DNA of 61,424 nucleotides from an uncultured Verrucomicrobiales bacterium (GTDB lineage Bacteria; Verrucomicrobiota; Verrucomicrobiia; Verrucomicrobiales; DEV007), in assembly GCA_938091905.1 (NCBI GenBank), contig CALKOM010000093.1, positions 1 through 61,424 on the forward strand, given 5' to 3'. The notes beneath the pieces were generated by a model. It did not search any database, was not told the origin of the DNA, and was given only the letters and a program-made list of their open reading frames with translations. Positions 50,861 through 59,723 of this stretch are shown piece after piece (the first letter of the stretch is position 1; every line of letters starts with the position of its first letter). Both the position numbers and the translations under genes were made by a program.

Positions 50861-51511
50861 ATGCGAGTTCCAGCCTCTCGATCCCAGGTCTATGCCATCA
50901 TTGGCTTTAGTGCCTTCTATATTCTAGCCGCTGCCGCCGCCGCCATGCTAGCAAGGAACAGCGAATTCGTGTTCTACATCGTCGTCATGCTCGTGCTGGC
51001 GACAGCAATCTTCCTCGTGCACAGAGCCGTTGGGCTCAGCGCTGGACTTCTCTGGTGCCTGACAGCTTGGGGCTTCCTACACATGGCCGGAGGCCTCGTC
51101 CCGCTCCCAGAAAGCTGGCCCGCTAATGGCCCTATCCGAGTGCTCTATAGTTGGTGGATCATTCCTGACACTCTTAAATACGACCAAGTGATCCATGCCT
51201 ACGGTTTCGGCATCACGACTTGGCTATGCTGGCAAGCCCTCAGTGTTGGTGTCCAACGAGGTTGCGGTAAGCCACCCTTCCCCTCCCTCGGTATCCTCAC
51301 GCTCTGCGCTGCCGCCGGCATGGGGTTCGGCGCTCTCAATGAAGTCGTCGAATTCATCGCCACGCTATCCATGACAGAAACCAACGTGGGGGGCTATGTA
51401 AACACTGGCTGGGACCTGGTCGCTAATCTCGTAGGCGCAAGCATCGCTGCGTTTCTCATTCGTTGGCGCCATCACACCGACATAGACTCACCCCCTCTAC
51501 CCGAGAATTGA
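50861..51511 (+). CDS. DUF2238-like inner membrane protein
   Basis: Multiple TM helices; LHMAGG, YDQVIH, NEVVEF, TGWDL. Confidence 0.75.
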   Translation: MRVPASRSQVYAIIGFSAFYILAAAAAAMLARNSEFVFYIVVMLVLATAIFLVHRAVGLSAGLLWCLTAWGFLHMAGGLVPLPESWPANGPIRVLYSWWIIPDTLKYDQVIHAYGFGITTWLCWQALSVGVQRGCGKPPFPSLGILTLCAAAGMGFGALNEVVEFIATLSMTETNVGGYVNTGWDLVANLVGASIAAFLIRWRHHTDIDSPPLPEN

Positions 51512-51957
51512 CTTTCAACAACTCCAGTCTTCGGCGTTGAGAAGATGAGGGTTGGAGTGATGATTGGCCAGCCATTCCGTTCCGATGAAATCGGTATGTC
51601 TCAACCTTCAAGCTTGGGGGTTCCCACACGGTCCCATTTGATGCCAAAAGCTAAAACAAAGTTTCGTAAGCTGGTTGTCTCTGCCAAAGAACAAATTCGC
51701 CATCGGCAAACGCTACGGTTACATCGTCCCTCGATCTGTGAGCCAAGATCCAAGTGTTAATCTTGGCCAATGTAGGACTACAAAGAACGAAGTAATTGCG
51801 AGAATCTTAGCTCAATGTAAGAAACCCTTAGAGAACATCGTCACCGAGTTCATTTTCATTGGGGATCACACAAACAGATGCAGCATCGTACAACTGAAAG
51901 GAAATCGCTTAACCACTTGTCTTTTGCAACCTTCTTAGATTCCGCTACTTTTGCGAT

Positions 51958-52032
51958 TGGCATCCCCGAGTGGAATCGAACCACTATCTAAGGTTTAGGA
52001 AACCCTTGTTCTATCCGTTGAACTACGGGGAC
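51958..52032 (-). tRNA. tRNA-Arg(CCU)
   Basis: GTCCCCG-TAGTTCAACGGATAGAAC-AAGGG-TTCCTAA-..-GGTTCGATTCC-CGGGGAT-G-CCA cloverleaf, anticodon CCT. Confidence 0.97.
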
Positions 52033-52080
52033 TGTTGATTACGAACGAATTACGAATCTATCGATCGACTAAACGGACAA

Positions 52081-52113
52081 AGTTCTACCAATAGTTCTAC
52101 CAATAGTTCTACC
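52081..52113. repeat. Tandem 12-bp repeats, candidate integrase arm sites
   Basis: (AGTTCTACCAAT)x2 + AGTTCTACC; another copy TAGTTCTACCA at 60925-60935 at the other end of the island. Confidence 0.75.
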
Positions 52114-52376
52114 TTGTCCATCGTTGTCCGAAGTGATTCGTTGTCATCCACTGGTCGAGAATGCCATGAGTTAGATCGGTCCGCAAGTGTTCGGAGCAGC
52201 CTTGTAACCGACACTCTCAAGGGGGCATACCGGAGGCAGATTTATGAGCTGCCCTCCCCCCTCACTTAACACCTCGAAGTTGTCCAATTCCAATCTGGCC
52301 TCACGTCTCGCGTTGTCTACATTCGGGAACGGAGGAGGATTTGCGGATTAAACCTTGAGAGACGAAGAGAGAGTCC

Positions 52377-52697
52377 TCACCAAGGCAACACATCGATCAC
52401 GTTAAGCGCCTGAAGAAGCAGTAATACCAAACAGGTAACAGCGATTAGGATCAATACTAGATCAGTAGCAAAGACCATCCGCCGACGCTTGATGGCTTGC
52501 GATTCACGTTCTTGTAATCGCTTTAGGGCTTGTGATCCACGTTCTTGTAATCGCTTCGGCGTCCAGCTCTCAACGCCAGACATCGCTGCGACCTTGCCTG
52601 CAATCGCTTCCTGTTCAGCTGGGTCTTTGGATCCATAGATATCCGCGAGGGAAAAAATGAGATCAGACGTATAACGTTTGCCTATTGAGTTCAACAA
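52377..52697 (-). CDS. Membrane-anchored hypothetical protein, probably an N-terminally truncated fragment
   Basis: C-terminal TM helix; 33-bp internal tandem duplication (KRLQERGSQAL/KRLQERESQAI); no convincing start. Confidence 0.45.
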   Translation of the reverse strand: MLNSIGKRYTSDLIFSLADIYGSKDPAEQEAIAGKVAAMSGVESWTPKRLQERGSQALKRLQERESQAIKRRRMVFATDLVLILIAVTCLVLLLLQALNVIDVLPW

Positions 52698-52734
52698 CTG
52701 GCGATGCTCTCTTTTTTGGGAGTAAAAACTAAAG

Positions 52735-54288
52735 CTAGCTGAGAAATTTTGAGAACGGATGGAACCGGAATCGATTGTTTGGGTCCATCTTCTTCTTTTG
52801 TTGTTCGACGGCAGTTGCCATTGCCTGTGACCCAAATATTTCCGATGCGACAGCCGATCGGCCGATATCGTCAGGCTGGGAATGGGTTCCGCTGAAATCG
52901 ACACTAAGTCCAGGCACTGCTCGTGACTGATCAACAACGCGGTTCGTGAGGTCAACTATTGTCTGACGCTCAGCGGGTGACTTGGAGCCCGCGTCGTAAA
53001 GAGTGACAAGATCAACAAAGAAAGCGTGGTGGCAGTTGCCGCTGGGAAGACGACGCCCCTTTTGGGCTTCGCCCCCAAGTGTCCGGATTTCAACAATCGA
53101 CAGCCCCGCTTCATTAAGTGGTGCCTCACCGACCACGACGTCGGCCACGAAGTCCAGCACGTTATCTTCCGGAATACCAGTCGTGCCCACGCAGTGGTAG
53201 CTTGTCGCCAGTGGGCTGCCCTTCTGTTCGGCAATTACCGGCCAGAGTGCCGCGGCTGCCTCGTACCAGGAGTTCCAACTTGCTGTCGCAAGTGAGGGAA
53301 GGCTTTGGCTGGCGGCGTAATCTTGAAGCGGTTTGACGAAATCAGCGGTGCTGCCGGTGAATGTGTCGTAAAACACAACGGTCGCAACCAGTGCCTTCGT
53401 GCCAGTCACTACGACTTCCAGTGAGACTGAGTCATTTGGGATGACTTTCTCTTTCATGAACTGCATGGCACGCCGGGAGAAGTCGACGGCCTGCTGTCCT
53501 TTTTCAAATCCAAAGACATGCTGTTGGGCGTGCTTGATGGTATCGGCAGCTGCAACTCGGAAGGTCATGTCGACAACAATGGCCAGTGCGCTTCCTGCGC
53601 CAAGCATGGCCGTAAAGAGTGCATCCTGGGGAGTAAGTTTTCTGATTTCGCCATCGGCCGTGACGACTGTCATACGTACTGCTCGCTGACCGAGGAGTCC
53701 AAGTCGACGAGAAAAGTAACTGCTCAGCCCCCCGTTGGTGACGTAGCCCGCGACGCCAACCCCTGGTCCAGTGCCGACCGGGAGGGCACCGCCCTGCGTC
53801 TTGACTGCCTCGACAAGTTCGCGGAAGACCACTCCCGAGCCGACAGTAACAAGCAAGTCCTCCCCTGAACGCTCGAAGTCGATTTTCTTGAGTTCAATCA
53901 GATCGAGTATCTCAGCATTGTGGTTGGCGATGAGCGCGGTGCCGGATGCTTCATGGCCACCACAGACGCAAGCAATCGGTGTTGCCGCGGGCAGTGAACT
54001 TACAATGGCGGCAATCTCGGCGGCTGACTTTGAGCGATGGATGCGTTTGGCCAGACTCGTAACTGGCTGGGAGTTACCGCTGGCATCAGGCACGACCTTG
54101 TTCGCGCTGACACTCCAGGCACGCTGGGCAAACCATTCATCGTTCGACATCGCGAGTGGGTCTGGCGGTATAGCCGCATGGCTATGGTTGCTGCTCTGCA
54201 GTGCTTCGCCAACAACAATTCCGAGCCCACCTGCTCCAGCAGTCTTCAGGGCGTCTCGCCGAGATACTTGTGTCTGAGATGTCTTCAT
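52735..54288 (-). CDS. Tat-exported FAD-binding oxidoreductase (VAO/BBE-like, FAD_binding_4)
   Basis: SRRDALK twin-arginine signal; CGGH flavin-site motif; VGVAGYVTNGG; VVTADGEI; KKKMDPNNRF. Confidence 0.88.
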   Translation of the reverse strand: MKTSQTQVSRRDALKTAGAGGLGIVVGEALQSSNHSHAAIPPDPLAMSNDEWFAQRAWSVSANKVVPDASGNSQPVTSLAKRIHRSKSAAEIAAIVSSLPAATPIACVCGGHEASGTALIANHNAEILDLIELKKIDFERSGEDLLVTVGSGVVFRELVEAVKTQGGALPVGTGPGVGVAGYVTNGGLSSYFSRRLGLLGQRAVRMTVVTADGEIRKLTPQDALFTAMLGAGSALAIVVDMTFRVAAADTIKHAQQHVFGFEKGQQAVDFSRRAMQFMKEKVIPNDSVSLEVVVTGTKALVATVVFYDTFTGSTADFVKPLQDYAASQSLPSLATASWNSWYEAAAALWPVIAEQKGSPLATSYHCVGTTGIPEDNVLDFVADVVVGEAPLNEAGLSIVEIRTLGGEAQKGRRLPSGNCHHAFFVDLVTLYDAGSKSPAERQTIVDLTNRVVDQSRAVPGLSVDFSGTHSQPDDIGRSAVASEIFGSQAMATAVEQQKKKMDPNNRFRFHPFSKFLS

Positions 54289-54292
54289 AACT

Positions 54293-54500
54293 ACTGCTAG
54301 GAAATTGCTTTTCGTCCATCGGATCAGATTCGCCGTATTGCTAGGGATTGGAGGAGGTTCAGGGGGAGGAAAGGGGAAACGGTCCCCATAATGACGTAGA
54401 CTTCAGGAAATTCTTCCGGCGGTCAAGCTTGACTGCTAGGAAATTGCTTTTCGTCCATCGGATCAGATTCACCGCATTGCTAGGGATTGGAGGGGGTTCA
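54293..54500. repeat. 69-bp direct repeat (2 copies, 3 mismatches)
   Basis: ACTGCTAGGAAATTGCTTTTCGTCCATCGGATCAGATTC... at 54293-54361 and 54432-54500; inverted copy of the first 13-14 bp at 54819-54832. Confidence 0.9.
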
Positions 54501-54995
54501 AAGATTGGGCGCTCATGCTCGATGGCGCCCCAGACCCCGGCGACGGATTGCCGGTCTACTCCGCCGACTGAGTGAACCTGCTGCCACCATCCACACCGAA
54601 TCTCAGCGCCCATTTTGATGATCAAACCGGGGTGGGAACCCACCCCGGTGTCCAAAGATCAGCGAAATTGCCCCTGAGCGTGCCGATTTTGTGTCCCCAA
54701 GTAATTTCAACCTCAATTAGACCAGGTCATTCCCGGTCTAATTGAGGTGGGATCTGCCCCCTGCACTCCCTCCATCCCCGGCCGATAGGCGTCCAGGGAC
54801 GCCGGGGTCAGGAAACCGATTTCCTAGCAGTAAGATATGCAGTAAGGCAAATAAGATATGCAGTTAAGCCCCAAGACGATCTTCAATATTAAACCGTAAG
54901 CGCTACTAACAAATTCAGCAATACTGCGTCACTTTCCCTGTTACTCAAGACTTGGATACTTAATAAACATATCGATACTTATTCTGAACTTCAGC

Positions 54996-55376
54996 CTACC
55001 ATTTGCTCGAATGTCCGATGTTCTCTGCGCCAAGATGATTCCGCCTAGAGAATTTTCGCCAAGCGTTCACATCATGAAATCTGCCACTCGCCTTGGGACA
55101 TCTCAATAAGGGGTCCTTTCGCCAAAGCCGAATCGTGTTCACATGACAACCCAACTGAAAGGCGAGTTCTTTCAGCGTGGCTACGTAGCCTGGCTTCGAT
55201 TGAAGCCCAAGAGATTGGGACCATGCGCCCACATCGTGAACAGGCTTCTGAGTGATCGGATGCCTCACATAATCTGGCCAGTCGTCGCCGCTTAATTCGC
55301 CGCGCTTTCGGTAGAACGTCCGGCGATTGATGCCGAGCGCATCCACCAACTCACTCCATGAATTCGAATATCTCAT
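54996..55376 (-). CDS. Tandem winged-HTH protein (Nu1/TerS DNA-binding-domain-like)
   Basis: Two internal repeats: WSELVDALGINRRTFYRKR...HDVGAW and LKELAFQLGCHVNTIRLWRK...HDVNAW. Confidence 0.6.
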   Translation of the reverse strand: MRYSNSWSELVDALGINRRTFYRKRGELSGDDWPDYVRHPITQKPVHDVGAWSQSLGLQSKPGYVATLKELAFQLGCHVNTIRLWRKDPLLRCPKASGRFHDVNAWRKFSRRNHLGAENIGHSSKW

Positions 55377-55539
55377 GCCTTGATCATAGTGTCAACTTTG
55401 TGCCACTGATCACCATTGAAAAAAATCACCACCCATCGCGCGAGTGGTTGGGCGTTGCCTCCCCTAAGGGACTTATAACCTGAAGAGAGTCCTCGCGACC
55501 ACCGGGGCGTTTTCATGGGACCTCGCGTTCACGGCTACT

Positions 55540-55905
55540 TTAGCTACTACTCCTACAATAAGACGGATTTCCATCTCTCATTGTAGACATAGTGTCATTG
55601 TTTGCGTTCATGTATTTTTGCTTTATATTGTTTTTGTTAGTTAAGACAGAGTTCGGGTTGCCGTGATCATCGATAGGAATGCGGCGTAGACATCGCCCAT
55701 CGGGTCCGATGAGGTGGCAGGTCATGTCTGGCTTGCAATTGCATCGCGGCTTGCCATGAAGAATTGGGCAGTCGTGGTCATGGGATATCTCCATGCGGGA
55801 GACTGTCCCAGGCTGCATAAGACCTAAAGCAACGAGCATCTCGTGGGCTCGAATCTGGCGGTGTAGGTATCCGGTCGGAGGATAGTTCGTTTCGTGTGGA
55901 TTCAT
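55540..55905 (-). CDS. Small His/Cys-rich hypothetical protein
   Basis: HDHDCP...CNCKPD putative metal site; co-oriented with the island genes. Confidence 0.5.
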   Translation of the reverse strand: MNPHETNYPPTGYLHRQIRAHEMLVALGLMQPGTVSRMEISHDHDCPILHGKPRCNCKPDMTCHLIGPDGRCLRRIPIDDHGNPNSVLTNKNNIKQKYMNANNDTMSTMRDGNPSYCRSSS

Positions 55906-55960
55906 TGTTAGCTTGAGTCGGATCATTCAGTGAATATTTTCAAATGTGCCTCGGGGGGTT

Positions 55961-56001
55961 ACCTGCAAAGCCTGCAAAAGCCTTCTGTTGGTTTTGCAGG
56001 T
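55961..56001. repeat. Iteron-like CCTGCAAA repeats, candidate island origin
   Basis: ACCTGCAAAG, CCTGCAAAAG and inverted TTTTGCAGGT, immediately downstream of the DUF3987 gene. Confidence 0.55.
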
Positions 56002-56008
56002 TGGGGGT

Positions 56009-57562
56009 TCATACCCTTTTGAGATTATTCGCCTCCTCTGCGATGTGTGCAGGCGTCACTCCATCGGCTAAGTGAAACAGGTGTTTCGTTCTGCCAGTGG
56101 TCGGCAGCTCCTCTGCCCTCAGCCATCGATGACGGGTAAGCAGATCAAGCCCTTCATTCACCCCTTCCCAATCGGAGAGCCCAGCCCATCCGTTGTTATA
56201 GATGTCCCTGGAGACAAACGGGGCGCTCACTTTCCCTTGATCAATCTTAGCCAGGATGCGGCGAGCGACGTCGATGTCATTAGTCCTTGCAGCGGCATAG
56301 AGGCGACGTTGATGGGCCTCACTCGATGCAGTCCATCGGATGGCCATCTCAAGAGCCTTGATGCCAACTTCCCTAGATTCGTGGTTCTCTGCTAGCTGAA
56401 CAATGAGAGCCATGGCAGGGACGAGCTTCCGCTGTTTTTGGATAGCACTCTCCATGCTCTCCGTTTCATCGCCTGATCGAGTCCGATTCTCCAGGCCAGA
56501 GCGCCAATCCACGAACCTTTCATAGGCTTCAGGATCGAAGCGTAAGCCTTTCGTGAAGTCATCTGCATCGGGGTAAGCAGCAAAGCTATACAATCTCTCG
56601 AAGGTAGCTATCATTGCTTCTTTCGCGGCGTTGTCGGGCTTACGGTCTACGTTCTTCCACGGCTCGTTATAGCCATCGGGGAAGGCTACGAGCTGAAACC
56701 GCTGCAAGAATCCATCATCATCATCGCCTCCTCTGAGTGCGCCTCGAACAAGCGGTAGAATCTTCCCTGGTTGCGCCCCACCTACCCAAGAGACACAACA
56801 AGCCTCAATGTGATTGTTGAGCCCACGGCCTATCCGGTCACTTGTGTAGCCCTGCTTCCCATTCCAGGCGGTGAGTAAGAATGATCGTAACTCGGGGTCT
56901 CTATCAAAGGCCCTGAAGACACTGACAACCTCATCGGATTCTATAAGAATACCATTCGGATTCTGCTGAAGGAGGACTCCCAACGAAGCCGTAGTAACGT
57001 CGCTAGTTGTGTATCGGCGTAGGGTCGGTTGCACTGGCCAATCATCAAATAATTCAAAGTCTTCTCCTTTCTTGGCGGCTTGCTTCGCAAACGACTCGGC
57101 AGCGCTCTTCTTGATTTTGGCCTGACTCATAGCGGCTTCAAACTCTGCGGCAGCTTCATTAAACTCCTCTTCAGCGGCCTTTGAGAGATGACTTAGGGGC
57201 TTCATTGCAGCACCCATGGCAGGGGACTTCATGAATCCAGGTCGGCCAATATTCAGCGCCCAAAGATTCGGATATTCATGCCAATCATCCTTCATCTTTG
57301 GGAAAATGGCGCACTTTCTTCCTATCACTGAACCCAGAGCTACCATCAGCGTAGAGGCTACATAATCGAAGTGGAAGTTGCCCCGGTCCACACAGTCTTC
57401 AGCATAGCCACGAAGTGATTCTGGCAGCATGTCAGGCTCTACGGTAGGGACTGCGAGCAAGGTCTTCTCTGGAAGAGGTTTAGGCCAGATAGACGACTTC
57501 TCGTCAGTAGTGATCTCCGGCACTCTAAGGCCGAGAGGGTCTGTATTTGAAGGAGAGTTCAT
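56009..57562 (-). CDS. DUF3987 (YfjI-like) replication/helicase-like protein
   Basis: PNLWALNIGRPGFMKSPA, LIESDE, DRIGRG, GGAQP, DGFLQRF, C-terminal wHTH TTGRTK. Confidence 0.85.
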   Translation of the reverse strand: MNSPSNTDPLGLRVPEITTDEKSSIWPKPLPEKTLLAVPTVEPDMLPESLRGYAEDCVDRGNFHFDYVASTLMVALGSVIGRKCAIFPKMKDDWHEYPNLWALNIGRPGFMKSPAMGAAMKPLSHLSKAAEEEFNEAAAEFEAAMSQAKIKKSAAESFAKQAAKKGEDFELFDDWPVQPTLRRYTTSDVTTASLGVLLQQNPNGILIESDEVVSVFRAFDRDPELRSFLLTAWNGKQGYTSDRIGRGLNNHIEACCVSWVGGAQPGKILPLVRGALRGGDDDDGFLQRFQLVAFPDGYNEPWKNVDRKPDNAAKEAMIATFERLYSFAAYPDADDFTKGLRFDPEAYERFVDWRSGLENRTRSGDETESMESAIQKQRKLVPAMALIVQLAENHESREVGIKALEMAIRWTASSEAHQRRLYAAARTNDIDVARRILAKIDQGKVSAPFVSRDIYNNGWAGLSDWEGVNEGLDLLTRHRWLRAEELPTTGRTKHLFHLADGVTPAHIAEEANNLKRV

Positions 57563-58518
57563 TCTGCCTCCTCCTTCTCTGCCGTAAGGTCGTTGATATC
57601 TCGATCAGTCGGCAACTCGTACACCGTCACGGACCTAGCACCAGCGAGCGTTGCCTCTTCTTTCCATCGTTGGGAGGCAGCTCTTCCAGCTTTTCCACTG
57701 TGAGCATATATAACCACCTCTCGGCCCGTTAGTCTTGCGGCATGACCGCTAAGCTTCGCCGATGCTCCAAGCATGCATACTACTTGCCAGTTCTCATGCT
57801 GGCCTTGTTGCCATAGTCTCGCCAGCGTCGCAAGATAGTCGGCTTCTCCTTCAATAAGGATGACTGGCAGTGAGCTTTTCGTTAGGCCAATGGGATGCTT
57901 CTCGCTTCCTGGAAAGGTGTCGGACTTGTGAGGGGCCCCATGCTCCCAGAGCTTGCCATCCAAACGTCTAGCAGCAACAGCGGATCGGTCTCCGACAAGC
58001 CAGGCCAACTGGCTACGCCATCGGGCGAATCGAAGGTGGCCTAGCTCTTGTGCAAGCCATGGTCCGGCGTAGGCGATGCCGCGTAAGGTCGCCACCTCTT
58101 GCAGATCGTGCGTCCTGCCAACATAGAGCTGAGGCCACGAGGAGCGCTTAGCTTTGTTCTCACGGCGTCTCTCGGCCTCTGCCTGCTCTTGTCGTTGGCG
58201 TCGCTCCTCGATGCTCTTGAGTCGCTTGGCTTTATCCTCGGGCATCTCGCTCTCGGTGGCTCCTAGCTTGCGGCATGTATCCTGGAAGGATAAGCCTGAC
58301 AGTTCAGCCTCTAGCGCGATACTGTCACCACTCCACCCGCAACCGTAGCAGTAAGCGTGATCGGCATAGAGGTTAAAGGACGGTGTCTTCTCTTCATGAA
58401 ATGGGCATAAAGCTAGCCAGCTTGAGCCCTGTCTTCTCGGTTCGAGATTGTGACGCGAGGCCACTTCGACTGGCGATTGCTCCGCTTTGATGCGGTCGAG
58501 TTCTTCTTGTAATATCAT
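57559..58518 (-). CDS. CHC2 zinc-finger primase-like protein with degenerate Toprim
   Basis: CPFHEEKTPSF...CYGCGWSGD; LIEGEADYLA; DIND. Confidence 0.85.
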   Translation of the reverse strand: MILQEELDRIKAEQSPVEVASRHNLEPRRQGSSWLALCPFHEEKTPSFNLYADHAYCYGCGWSGDSIALEAELSGLSFQDTCRKLGATESEMPEDKAKRLKSIEERRQRQEQAEAERRRENKAKRSSWPQLYVGRTHDLQEVATLRGIAYAGPWLAQELGHLRFARWRSQLAWLVGDRSAVAARRLDGKLWEHGAPHKSDTFPGSEKHPIGLTKSSLPVILIEGEADYLATLARLWQQGQHENWQVVCMLGASAKLSGHAARLTGREVVIYAHSGKAGRAASQRWKEEATLAGARSVTVYELPTDRDINDLTAEKEEAE

Positions 58519-58593
58519 GGCGATCGTGCCACCGCTTGACTACACGCCTAACTCTATTACCCTGTAGCGAGCCGTCGCAGACTCAAAGAGTAA

Positions 58594-58624
58594 GAAGAGC
58601 CGTCCAGTCGTGGGCGGCTTTTCT
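58594..58624 (-). terminator. Hairpin after the AlpA-like gene
   Basis: AGAAAAGCCGCCC-ACGACT-GGACGGCTCTTCT on the minus strand. Confidence 0.4.
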
Positions 58625-58626
58625 GG

Positions 58627-58917
58627 TTAGTCGTTTGTGGATTCTCCACTGTTGGCCCGACTGTTATCACATTGGGCTTCTGAGAGGCTATTCAGGTAAG
58701 AATCGATCGAATCAACACTGATCAGGCGGATGCCTTTAACAGCGCCTCGTTTTCGAATCGAGACCGATCTGATCTTCCCATCACCGATCAGTGTGTAGAG
58801 AGAAGAGCGCCCGATGCCCGAATACCGTATCGTATCAGGGATACGAAGCCATTCGGGCCGAAGTATGGCCGTGTGGCCAATGGTCTCTTGGATGTCTTTG
58901 GATGTTAGGTTGTTCAT
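58627..58917 (-). CDS. AlpA/excisionase-like HTH protein
   Basis: PEWLRIPDTIRYSGIGRSSLYTLIGDGKI...RLISVDSIDSYL. Confidence 0.8.
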   Translation of the reverse strand: MNNLTSKDIQETIGHTAILRPEWLRIPDTIRYSGIGRSSLYTLIGDGKIRSVSIRKRGAVKGIRLISVDSIDSYLNSLSEAQCDNSRANSGESTND

Positions 58918-59030
58918 CGTGTGACAACCCATCGGGATGAAACGTCCTACCCGAAAGGGGAGAGCAAAGCCGTTAACTCTCCCCTTGCTCATCAAATTCA
59001 CTTCATGGACACGCTTTCATTTTTCCGCCA

Positions 59031-59723
59031 TCAACCGGAAGAACGAGTTGTCCAACCGCTTTTCAAACGGCTCTTCACCGCATCTCGTCGTGATTTGCGA
59101 TGGCTCGCCGTGAGTTTCGAACCTTCTTGCTCGCAACGAAAATTGAGCAACGCGAGACACGCAGTCCACCACATCTTGATCTCCACATCTTTGCTCACTG
59201 GAAGTTGCAGCAAATCAATGGATGTCTCAGCAACCTTAAACAACGATGGAGAGAGTGCTCTCTTGTTGCCATCACGCAAATCTTCCACCGGACTATACTT
59301 TATCGTCGAATACTCTTCTTCCGACTCGCCTTTGGGGCTCGGATCGACGGTCGATTCCCACCGAATCGAGGGGATTCCCGTTTCAACTATGGTGCCTTTC
59401 CAGCCGAGAATCGTTCTTGCCGTCTGACAGCGGAACTTCTCGATCTCATGGAGCAGTTCTAGCACTTCCTGATCGATCCGTTTCTCGGACCGCCGAATCT
59501 CGAAGCCTCCTGGCAAAAGCCGTTCAATGATCCTGTCCAAATGTGGAACCCACGGCAATGTCGGCCGCTTTGAATCAGGTAGCCGACCTAGCTCGCTTAG
59601 AAGAGAGAGAATGATCTGGTCCGTGACACGACTGTAAGCCTCTTGATCGGCATCCGTTTTTCCAATTTCCTGAATGAGTTCCACAATCGCCTCCTCAGCA
59701 CGGCCCAAGACTTCAGGATTCAT
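59031..59723 (-). CDS. Hypothetical protein coupled to the integrase
   Basis: 230 aa ORF; ATGA overlap with the integrase stop. Confidence 0.6.
   Translation of the reverse strand: MNPEVLGRAEEAIVELIQEIGKTDADQEAYSRVTDQIILSLLSELGRLPDSKRPTLPWVPHLDRIIERLLPGGFEIRRSEKRIDQEVLELLHEIEKFRCQTARTILGWKGTIVETGIPSIRWESTVDPSPKGESEEEYSTIKYSPVEDLRDGNKRALSPSLFKVAETSIDLLQLPVSKDVEIKMWWTACLALLNFRCEQEGSKLTASHRKSRRDAVKSRLKSGWTTRSSG

Noticed and set aside
52081..52113. CRISPR array
   Set aside because: 12-bp tandem units without spacers and no cas genes; the 69-bp repeat at 54293/54432 has only two copies
52660..52734. Integron attC site after the oxidoreductase
   Set aside because: A GTTATAC core-like word exists but no matching inverse core or attC hairpin was seen, and the integrase lacks obvious IntI features
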